Origin: Bugula neritina
Lineage: Eukaryota > Animalia > Bryozoa
Length of the DNA stretch: 64,000 nt
Reading direction: 5' to 3'
Assembly: GCA_964035545.1 (NCBI GenBank)
Contig: OZ037765.1
Coordinates: 10,860,698 to 10,924,697, forward strand
The first letter of the stretch is position 1. Each line of letters starts with the position of its first letter. The translations under genes and the position numbers were made by a program. Under the pieces are notes generated by a model. That model was not told where the DNA came from. It worked only from the letters and a program-made list of their open reading frames with translations, and did not search any database. Positions 13,781 through 24,795 of the stretch are shown piece by piece.

Positions 13781-14860
13781 GTCGTTGCACTTACTCTTAG
13801 AGTTAGTCTTACTGTGGCAGTTGATGCTAGCAATGTTATTATTAATTACTATTAGTATTAATACTAATAGTAATAGTATTACATTTACTGTATTAGTAAT
13901 ACTCCGTCCTAATCTTATGCTTACCGCCTTACGGGCTTATAATTATAGTTATAAAACTAAAAGCCACTAAAAGTAAATCTAATCAGCACTGAGAATCAGT
14001 ATTACTATTAGAGTAACTCAGTATGATTATGACCACTGGCACTCAACAGTTGACTTTGAGTTTGTCTTAAGTTTTCACCGGCAAGTTTTTAGACCTACTC
14101 CTAGTACTTGTACTTCACTAGTAGTAGTAGTAGTAGTACTAGGTAGTAAGAGTACTAGTACTACTACTATTACTATTAGTATTGCTAATAGTACTAGCAC
14201 TACTACTGTACTAGGATAATTATAAATATAAGGATTAGTCATAATCATAATAATACTTGGACTTGAAGTCATAGTTTAAGTTATACTTATAGTATCAGTA
14301 TCACTATCAAGTCATAGTAATGCTAATAGTAATAGTGATGACTAATTTCAATGATCATGAGCAGTACTACTACTAAATCTTAACCTTAGGCTAATATCTA
14401 CACGTTTTCTAATTCTTGTATTTCAAGTTCAACTTGCAGTTATTGTTATATAATTATTTTTTGGTTGATCCATTATCATTATTGCTATATATATATTTCT
14501 TGTAATTAGTAATACTAATAGTATTATCTTCATGCAAGCGTGTTTCTCTCATTTATACATTTTAGTCATCATATTAAATTTAGTCATTTAATGATAATAT
14601 ACCATATTATATTGATAAAGTTAGTAACTCTAAGTTGCATTCAGAAGTTCAAGTTGCTGTTCAATCTCTCACTGTGTTTGTTATACCTTGCTATTATAAT
14701 TATTGGTAATTGTAATTATAAGAATAATGAATTAGTATTCATATATCTAGTTTTCGATTTAGATCAGTTCAAATCTCTTGAAGTTGGACTTCAACTTGGT
14801 AATGAATATTGTAATTGCTCAATAATTTTCTGGAAGTATTTTATTTTATGGTAAATGTAA
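13780..14860. repeat. Low-complexity (ANT)n triplet-periodic tract
   Basis: For example act act att act att agt att gct aat agt act (~14160); agt agt agt agt act. Confidence 0.75.
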
Positions 14861-15961
14861 TACATACATTTTGACATTTATAATTACTAAAATTAGTTAG
14901 GTCAACTGAAGTTTGGTGTAGATCACTAAACAAATTTGAAAAGTTGCTGGATTTGCCATTATTAACTGTTTAATTAAGAATTCATACTTTTGGTAAATTA
15001 CCAGTTAAAAACTGACCCTAATGTCAATGCAATTGTTATAAAATAGTCTATATGTTTAAAAGGTAAGCCCACTTTATTCATTTATCGGCTCATGATATGG
15101 ATTAGACAGCAACAAAAGTTTTGAAATCGGTGTTCTTTTGTTTTTGAATTTTGATGTTGCAGCACAAACCAATTTATGTCATGCATAGGCTACTAGTAGT
15201 AGTACTAGTATTTCAGTACAAACATCATGTTCAATAAAAAGTTGTAAATATTTATGCTATCATTATTTCATATTTGTAGGGTGGGCAGTTAGGCTAACAG
15301 ACTCCTGCAGTTATCTATTGTTGATTATTACATCTACAAAACTAGAACTAGAAAAGTAGAGTTTAGGAAACTCAACCTTTAATGCATAGCCGAAGTCCAA
15401 ACATAGCAACATTTAGTGTGATTCACTCATTAGAGTCGGTTTCAGCCTGGCTTGAAATTGTACCACATCTTGTAAGTCAACAGTTGCTCTCAATCATTAT
15501 TAGTAAAATGTTTGTATTAAATTCTTTTAATGTGTTTTTACTTTTTAGCAATAAACAGGCACAATTTCTAACTCGCACACCAAAAATAAATCTAAAATTG
15601 TGTAAATTAGAGAAACAAAAATTAAAAGTTGGAAAGTAGTGTTACAAATGCAAAAAAGGAAGCTACAATAAAAGAATATACAATTCAGCTTTCTGAAGAT
15701 TCTCCTACAAATGTAACCATGCTTTGTGTTTCACGGATTGTTTTTTGTTCATGTGAAATAATTTCATTTTTTTTTGTGGAAATGTACTCATGGCGTGTTT
15801 CATCTTTTCTTTGGCCATCAGATTACGGGGATGGTTAATGCCTGTCCGACCGTTCATTTTTACTCTACTGGAATAGTATTTCTATAATAAATTAGTGCAA
15901 TTTTAAATTTACAAATACTTTATTACTCTAATATAACTTTAGAGTGTAGTCAACTGCAAGG

Positions 15962-18900
15962 ATGACTCAGTTCCTTCCACCCAACTTACTTGCACTATTT
16001 GCTCCTCGGGATCCCATACCCTATTTACCACCAGCTGCTAAACTTCCCCATGAAAAGACTACTGCTGGTTACTCGGGCGTGTCACAATTCATGACTGATT
16101 TTGAGGTAAAATATAGAAACTTATTAAAGTGTTTGTCTTTTCATACTTGATTAGAAACTTGATACTTTTTTATTGATAAAAAAATTTCTTATCTTGCTGT
16201 CAATATATGTTGCCCAAATTAAAATAAGCGTAACTTAAAGTTTTGCATTGGATTGATAGTCTTTACAATGGTCATGATTGCCTTGTAAGATATAAATTCA
16301 AAACAGCAGTTGTATGTATATGCCCTGTTTTGCTTCCTGCTTTCTCATCTACTCTGATCATCTAAGGAATTGAAATTAACTACTGAATTACTCAACTTGA
16401 CACATATTCTAATCACTTTCTTACTGATTTTTTAAATTGATAATTTTCCCCTCTGGTTCTACTATTTATATCTTACCTGTGATTTATATCAAACTGTGAT
16501 CCTTCTCCTTGTTCAGGAGGCTGTAATAGTCCTGGGGATGTTTCTTGAGAGTATGCACTATGTTCACATGATCTGTCGTCAAAAGCAATTGATTTACTTC
16601 TTTGTTTTTTTACAACTTCCGGTTTTCCTATCAATTGCTGATCCTTAACTGAAAAAATTGAGGTGCTGTTACTTCTTTTTTCCCTTTGACGCTTGATCTT
16701 TTTTGCCGTTAACTTTCTTTCATGGCGGTAGGCTTCCCTGGTCTCTAAGTCTCTCATGCGCAGCATTGTAAAGCTGGTTTGTCTTCTTGCCTTATGTCGA
16801 AGAGCTCTTATTTTCATATTCAGCAAAACCAATCATTATCGCAGCTCAGTCTTGGTTAAAAGTGATGCGAGTACTAGGGATTCCAGTAATACTCTTGTTA
16901 TAGTTTAAACAGCCAAAATTTTACAATTGATATATATCTGCTGAAGTGCAATGCCTCTGTTAATGTTTACATAACAATAATACCAATTAAGAAGATGTCT
17001 AAAAGTGAAAGTGTTAATCAGTCAGACTCTCATTAGATCTATTGACTGAATGTTTGCCAGTTTACTGTAAACAATACCTCCCTTCATCTCTGCATTACCT
17101 TTATTTTTAACAGTTGATAGGCAAATGCCATAGTTTTTATATATTAGCTGCAGCTGCCAGGGTGTAAATACTATTTTAGGATCCCAGAGAAACACCTGCA
17201 CCTACAAGAAGTGAAACCAAAGATGAAAAGAAAGACCGACTAGTATGTTTATTTATTTTTTCTATTGCTATTAATACTTGCTCTGTACCTCGGATAGGTT
17301 TAATATGCAACTGATGGAACATATTATAATTTAATGCTATTTTTTATAATGCATCAAGTTACTCATTGGAGATTTTGGGAAATATTCTGCCTTGGTCAGC
17401 AGTATGTTGCATCGATTTGATGCACTGATAGCCTATTGGGTCACTAAGTAAACATGGTATTGATTGTGAACAGTATTTCTTTTTAGACCTCAAATGTACT
17501 TGTCTTTTTACTTGCTAAACTGCCTAAATATAAGCTTATTCTTGTTTTTTTCATTGAGGAATACATGTGCTACTGTTGATATTTTTAAACAATTTTGAAT
17601 CAAATGAGACTGTAAATGAGCACCATTGGTAAAGGGTGTTAGATTTCAATGAGTAAATGGTACATGAAGCCATTATAGATCTGCAATTCAAACCCTTTAA
17701 AGGTTAGAATTGTTTTTTAATATAATATTTTAAGCAACTGCAAAAAATTGGGTGTAATTGTTCAAAATATTGCAACTGTGTAAGTTACTAAAGCCCAATT
17801 TAACACATATGTAGCATTCTCTCGGAAACTGTCAAGTTAGGACAAGTTAATTAACTATTTTAAAGGCTCACCCTAACCATAAAAAAATTGTAACCATTAA
17901 AAAGTAATGCAAAGCAAACTGCTGGCATTTGATTGGGCTTTCAATAACACTTTTATGTATATAAAACGCTATCTATTTTTAGAGAAGAGAAAAAGCTGAG
18001 CAAATTGCTTACAAGCTGGAGCAAGATCTAGCTCTGTGTAAGTAATGCATTTTTAAATATGCATTTTGTTCTGATTTTATAATTTTATAATATAACAACC
18101 TCCAATCTGGCAGTTACCATTGAATCTGCCTTTCTTGTGACTTTTGTTTTCATGCATATAGAAATGCTTAAAGATTGTGCTTATTAGCTTTGTAATCATT
18201 TCCATAGTGGAATATTTTAAAAAAAATGTATTAGGTCTTACATAAGTTATGGATTTCTATAGAAATCATACTTGTACCTTTGTCAGTTGTAATCATTGTT
18301 TTGTTGAAAGTGTTGTACATATATTGATATAGAAATACTCTTTAGGTGTGGGAGATTAAATTTAAATTGCTTTTATATGGATATAGAAGTGCACTTTAAG
18401 GTTAGGTTTAATGAACCAAGGTGAGGCTATAGACCTGGGTGAAATTTTACTTAACGTCATTGAATAACTGATGTTGATGATTTACTCTAAGTATTGACAA
18501 TGTGCTCTACTTCGTAGGGTACATTGTCAATACTTAGTGAATTGGTTAGGCATTTTCAAAGCCTAATAAATGTTATTGCAATTTGTCTGTCTGTTTCAGG
18601 GGACCCCCACAGTAATGTTGGACTCACAGAAGATGCATTCAAAACTCTGTTTGTGTCTCGAATTGTAAGGTCATTTCTAAACTGTTTTTTTTTATCAAAT
18701 CTAGAAGTGTTGAATTACAAGTTAAGAATTTATTTAATCAAGTTATAATTTGAGACCTCAGTTTAACTTATCTTGCAGAACTATGATACCAGCGAGTCCA
18801 AGTTAAGAAGAGAGTTTGAGGTTTATGGCCCAATCAAAACGGTGAGTAGTAAATCTTCTGTGATGATTTTCGGAATGCTTTTATTCCCTTCACCATTTCT

Positions 18901-19453
18901 TGTTTTTGTTGTGCGACAAAACTAATAGTGCATTCACCCTTCAGAATCATCTTATCCCTTTCCTTCCTATAACTGGATACCCAAAAAGTGAGTTGTTTTC
19001 TATGTGTAATTTTGGTTCTTGCTAATCCTCTTAAATTGAAAACCCCACCTTGAAATTCAGTCAAATTGCAACAAAATAAATAGGGTGTAAAGGCCTGGCC
19101 ACACACTCGTAAGAATCACACGAAATTGTCTATTTTACACGAAAACACAAGACTTACGATCAAATTTGGGAGAATTCATACCAACTCATGTTCGCTGGGT
19201 GCACCCGCCTAAAGGCCTGGCCTCACGCACGTGAGAATCACACAAAATTCGTGTGAATATTGTCGTGAGTTATCCACTCGTTCTGACCAGCCACATACTC
19301 GCCGGACGAAACACATAATAAATAGTCTGTGATTGAGTCTTGCACGAGATACAAACAGCAGAAAATTGCCAAATAGAGAAACGTGATAGAAATGAAATAA
19401 TCACTGTTGCTAAAATTATGTTGACCAATCAAATGGTGCTTATCGTTAATTGC

Positions 19454-19492
<39 letters not shown>

Positions 19493-22400
19493 TTCGTCTT
19501 CGGTGGTTGCGCCCAGCGAACACGATTTCGTTTGAATTCCCTCAAATTTGATCGTAAGTTTGTGTTTTCATGTTGACGATTTTGTTTGATTCTCACAGAG
19601 TGTGTGGCCAGGCGTTAAGTGTGCTAACAAATCACCTTTATTGCTGTTGCATAATGGGAGCTTATAACCACAGATATTACAAAAACACCATCAGTCCAAA
19701 CAGTCTATCTGCTATCAGGAGGATAATGAATGTTATTGTTTATACATAGATCCAAATGGTACATGACCTGGAGAACAGCAGACCAAGAGGCTATGCATTT
19801 ATAGAATACGAACAAGAAAGAGATATGCACTGTAAGTTTGTAAGCTAAACATTTGATCTTATAATGTTTCAATATGTTGTTCCAAAAACACTGCAGTGTT
19901 GAGGAATAAAAAATTTAATTTATAGAATAATGCAAATGCATTTGCATAAAAATTTTTGTCTACAGCATATAATATCCACCCCATGACTAGTGTGTGTTGA
20001 GCTGAAGTGTAGACAGGGATGCAGGTAATCACTAGCAACAACCGGACTCGTAGGTAGACCCGCACACTCACATGCTATACAGTACTCGTGCTGATATGAA
20101 CTCTAGCAAATAGCCTCCTAGTAAAAGTTGTTGCTAACTCAAGTTTTATTATTTTTACTGCAGACCTGACCCTGTAGGCAGTGAGCATACACATGGTTAT
20201 GCTGCGCTAGCTGCTACATGACACTAGTGAATGATATAGCATTGCCTATAATAAACTACAAACACCAAAATGCTAGGTTTGTATGTGGTTGGTAAGATTT
20301 AAGTGAAGCTGCCACAATACAAAGCGTGTTTTAATTTTAATTGAAGTTGAATTTTGATGGAAAAAGGACATATTTGGTTCATAATGTAGAAAAGTCATGC
20401 AGTTGATAATGCTTAATGTTTGCGATTGATTCTAGTGCTCAAAAGTTATACACCTGCCGTTAATGTCAAGTGCACATGCCTTATAAAAAAATATTTATGG
20501 CATTTTATTATAAAATCAAATAGCAGTAATAAAATGGTGGGGAATATCAACTATTGCACACTACCCAACTTGCTTTTAACAGTTGCAATAGTTCAAAACA
20601 AATTTAAATACACAGTTGATAATTTTTGTTGTTGTTGGTATGAGCTGGTATAAATATTGGCGTGTGCAATAACTTGATGATGAATTGATATTTAGGCAGC
20701 TTTTTAAACTAAAAGTGTATTTTAATAAAACATCGGGTAAGTCGGGTAAGTAGAGAAGTGGCTCTACACTACCGACTGATGGTGGAATTCATTGAGATGG
20801 AACATAAACATTTGCCTGTAACTGTAAGTTTATTTATCATAATTCAAGCTAACTTGTTGTTAGTAGAGGCAAGATACGTGCACACGTGCATACCACGTCT
20901 GCTTCTCCAGGCTTTTTAATTCGGTGGCCTGTAGCGGGTTTCGCTAGGCCTACCCTAATTCTGTGCCGAAGATGCAAGTTACCAGGGCTGCAATTGAAGG
21001 AAAATTGCAGCCGGTGTTGTACCATTCCTACCCACTCGTGCATCTTGGGTATAAGAGGCCTCATTTCAGCTTCGTATCATTCCTATCTTTTATTTTTAGC
21101 TGCCTATAAACACGCTGATGGTAAAAAAATAGATGGTAGAAGAGTTCTCGTGGATGTGGAAAGGGCCAGGACAGTGAAGGGCTGGAGACCAAGGAGACTA
21201 GGTCAGTGATTTATGCAATATGGTTATCATATTAAGCTATATCTTTGGACTCCAGTGAAATACTATTGCATGGTGATCTGTCTCAAGTAACTGCACAGTG
21301 TTTCAAGACTGTAGATCAGAAAAGTTCTAACGTTTCTAAGCGTTAATTTTTACTTTTTGAAATTTAATGTTTAAGTTGTATGCGAATGAAGTTTATCTCG
21401 TATTATAATAATTGAAATTTGTAATGAATACTAATTCCTATGTGCATGCTGATGAGCAGGACTATTACTAGTGTACACTACCTATCAACTCACTGTATGG
21501 TACAAACCATCTACTGTTGCACAACTTGGGGGATAAAATATTGTATGTATTAATACGGATGTCTGTCTGTTGGATAGGAGGTGGCTTAGGCTCGACGAGA
21601 AAGAGCAGAGAAGAGGATGTGAGAGAAGAAGGAGCAATAGTGAATGATAGAAAGGATCGCTCTCGATCTAGGGAGAGAAGAAGAAAGTCTAGAAGTCCTG
21701 TTAAAAGAAGGTCCAGAAGTCGAGAGAGGAGGCGCAGTCGTGAAAGAGACACGGGTATTTAATATCAAGTGTATCTATGAATATACAAGAGGGTGAAATT
21801 TTGACAGCAATTACAAGCTTGTCATTTATTTTCTTTTGTTAGAGAGGCGAAGAAGTCGTTCAAGAGATCGCAAGAAGCCAGTTCGGCGCAGCAGGTCTCG
21901 GGACCGAAAGAGAAGTAGGTCTAGAGACAGGAAAAGATCTAAGAGGTCAAGGTCTAAGGACAGACGCAAGGATCGGGATGAAGTGAAGATTAAAACAGAA
22001 AAGGTACAATGGCTTTAGATTTTGTTTCTTGTACAATCATAAAAATTATATTTCTTATTTTGCCCGAAACGACGGTGCTGAATTACTTTGTTATGTATAT
22101 AAAATACTAGCTTATGCTATTTGCAAATATTAAATTTAACAAGAATATTATTAGTTATGTAGGAATATGACTTTTCGTTCAACTCAGCTGAAATTTGATT
22201 TTCTCATAGCCAAGTATTACTCTTTGATGAAAAGTTTTAATGCTTGTCATTCAAATGTTAGTTTTAAGATTTTAATGACAATCCAGCTAGGACTGCTAGG
22301 TCATTTTTAATTTTAGTTCCAGCTTTATATGTTGGTCTGCTATGAAGAGTGAAATTAATATTTTCTTATTTTGAAAAAGTTTGGTGTCAAGTTAACTATT

Positions 22401-22892
22401 CAAGTCAACTATTTCACTGTCTGTGGGTTATCAAAGTTTGTTTTCTCTTTGGAAATTGGTCTAGAACTTTTACAACTTGTAAATTTACCAATTAATTGCC
22501 AAAAGCTGGATAACCTTACACTAATCACTAATTAAATATTTTCATATTGAATTGTGCTCTTGCAGTAAGATTTACTATTTTCTCACACACTGGATTATTT
22601 GAAATCTTTTTAGTGCATACTATTGGCTGATTTAAGAACATAAGACTGTTGAACTCAGTAGTATTTTGCTGCTGTGACATTCTCAGCCTGCTATTAAGTT
22701 TATTTTATGTGATGTGATGCCAGTAAATGAAGCTGTTGGTGAATTCTCTTTCAGATAGATGATGGGTATCCTGGAACAGCTAATGGTGATGGTATTGTTG
22801 TTCCCAAGACGGAGGATGAAGATAGTCATCAAGTATCTGAGCTTCCTGAAGCCTTGAAAGCCGAAGATGATGTTAATGGTGCGCAGTCATAA
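15962..22892 (+). CDS. SNRNP70: U1 snRNP 70 kDa protein (U1-70K), 10 coding exons
   Basis: Exons 15962-16105, 17180-17242, 17983-18037, 18600-18664, 18779-18841, 19750-19831, 21100-21201, 21578-21754, 21843-22003, 22755-22892; all GT-AG and phase-compatible. [24 protein letters not shown] start, RRM ([31 protein letters not shown]...[35 protein letters not shown]), RS domain. Confidence 0.97.
19091..19615. mobile_element. PIF/Harbinger-like MITE in SNRNP70 intron
   Basis: Ends aggcctggccacacactc / gagtgtgtggccaggcgt flanked by TAA on both sides (19088-90, 19616-18). ~120-bp imperfect inverted arms (19091-19209 vs ~19500-19615). Internal second left end at 19213; poly-T at 19456-19491. Confidence 0.8.
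20036..20094 (+). other. Candidate poison (PTC) alternative exon start of SNRNP70, equivalent to vertebrate exon 7a
   Basis: ctAG|caacaacc; splicing from 19831 gives ...[23 protein letters not shown]-stop (TGA 20092-94). The human truncated isoform, as recalled, reads RDMH-S-T-T-QLACS-stop at the same junction. Confidence 0.7.
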
Positions 22893-22995
22893 CTCATCAT
22901 TTGCCTCGTGTCGCTATGGTGACAGATTCATCATTTATTTGGACTAGTTGAATTTTTTTTACACCAATAAGGACATGTGTATAAATGATATACTT

Positions 22996-23007
22996 TTTAT
23001 TAATAAA
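22996..23007. terminator. Palindromic bidirectional polyadenylation signal TTTATTAATAAA
   Basis: AATAAA on both strands between the convergent stops of SNRNP70 (22892) and ROPN1L (23253). Further + strand AATAAA at 23073 and 23104; - strand ATTAAA at 23125-23130. Confidence 0.5.
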
Positions 23008-23252
23008 ATAGTGTTATTTTTAGCAATACTTCTGAAACAGCAATATCATACCATCTGTGCTTTAAATATGTAAATAAAATGTATGTATTTGGATAGCTAT
23101 AGCAATAAAGAATATTTGTTCTGATTTAATCTGTCTTTCATACAAAAGTGTAAACTAGAAATTCTGTTATTTATACTTTGACAACATATTTTACACAAGG
23201 CTGGGGACACTCTCTATGTTGATTATTACAAAACTAAATGGTTTTCATGCTA

Positions 23253-24795
23253 TTAATTTAATCTTGGGCATTCGGAGCTGAGGAAGTTTCTTGGCTGAAC
23301 AAATCCATCTTGCTTGTCACTAAAAAACAATATTGCAATTTCTAAGACAGTTGTTGAGATGCTGAATGACATAGGCCTACAATTTTTCAATTTAGTTATA
23401 TATATATAGCTAAAACTTACACATCATATTGTAAATGTGTCAACACAGACTGTATATGATCTGCTGATATCTCTCCATCAATTTGAGCTAAATATGAGTA
23501 GAGATCTTTGAAAAGTTGGAAATGTATTCGTGCCGCACCACCTTCCGGATCTGCCGTCAACACCTCGCATATAGTTTTCATTGTCCCAGTTAGGTTCTAA
23601 ATATTAAATTAGGCAATGAAGCAATATGTCGATATTGGTTAAAAATTTGAGTCGAGTGAGTTGCAGTTGAAGGTTTTATAAACAAACCTATGATATTTAC
23701 TCAATCTCTCGCGTGAAAATATTATGTACACTTACCAATGAATTAAAAAATATAGCCAAGGTAAACTTTTGATAAACACATCACGTCCAAATATAACTAT
23801 ACTTGCATGGTGATACTTTGAAATATTTTTTAATAATCTGCTAGTTATGTTAGGCCTAGGCAAATGCTTTGCAATGCTAAAAGAAGCTAGGTGCCAAAAA
23901 GTATTAGAAAAAACTGTTAACTGAAATATCTTGCCGGCTTGCACAGTTCATATATTATTCTAGTGGTGATTTTCAATTGAAGTGCAAGAATGCCTAATAT
24001 GGCTGTTTCCTAGCTGTTCTTTGATGAAACTGCAAATACCACATAAACTCACATCATTCAAAGTAGATGCTGCTAAAGAAAAGAGTTTCAACCATTCGGT
24101 ATCTCCTGAAAAGCTTCCAATTCGGACTAAATCATCAAATTTTTCTTGCGGTAAAGCCAATGCTCTCCATTTCTCCTCTATCAATGCCAGAGGGACAACT
24201 TTCTTTGGGCCAAGCTACAATTTGCAAAAATGTTGTATCAGACCAAAATGTTCTAACAAGAAAGGTTCAAACATACATAACATAACCTGTAACTTTAGCT
24301 TATTTAGAACTTGATGTCTGATGATATATAATTTTGACATAGCTTAAAAAAAGTTGACATAAAAATACCTAATAAGCAAAAGATAATCATATTAAAGAAC
24401 CTGTTTGTGAAGAACTTTTAGAAGACCTGGTGTTAAGCCTGTGTCAGTTTTCTGAGTTGCAACTGGCATTTCTAGTCTGTCTTTAACTGGAGGAACTTCT
24501 CCATTAGCCATAGCTCGAAAATATCTATAAGTTGAAATGAATTTTTAAATTCAACAGCAGTTTAATTTTTTCAGAAACACACAATATATGAATATGACAT
24601 TACATAATTGCTTTGTTTTAGTACAGTTAGTTTTTATTTGGAAAGCAAGGTATACACTTACGCTGCTGACCATGCAAGTACATCCTTTGGTTGAGTACGA
24701 ATTGCAGCTTTAGTAAATTGCTTTAAAACATCTGGTAACTCAGGAGGAATATTTATCTGTTGTGAACAGTAATATGGCTCATCTAAATGAGGCAT
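23253..24795 (-). CDS. ROPN1L: Ropporin-1-like protein (RIIa D/D domain, radial-spoke/AKAP-binding), 5 coding exons
   Basis: Exons 24795-24662, 24524-24401, 24214-24053, 23596-23421, 23319-23253. Translation MPHLDEPYYCSQQINIPPELPDVLKQFTKAAIRTQPKDVLAWSAAYFRAMANGEVPPVKDRLEMPVATQKTDTGLTPGLLKVLHKQL...CEVLTADPEGGAARI is the ROPN1L signature. Confidence 0.95.

Noticed and set aside
14075-14272. Hydrophobic small ORFs (also 13785-13970 and 27098-27292) as membrane peptides
   Set aside because: By-products of ANT triplet periodicity; no splice or homology support.
20553-20559. ATTGCAC U1A-binding motif in the SNRNP70 regulatory intron
   Set aside because: Single 7-mer with no clear supporting stem; expected by chance.
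20670-20800. Intronic C/D snoRNA (tgatga...ctga)
   Set aside because: No convincing terminal stem or recognisable rRNA/snRNA antisense element, and it overlaps the 5'-splice-site cluster.
21468-21768. Minus-strand ORFs rich in L/S/R
   Set aside because: Antisense shadows of the SNRNP70 RS-domain exon; likewise 11021, 11618 (Kv1) and 60545 (MMP21).
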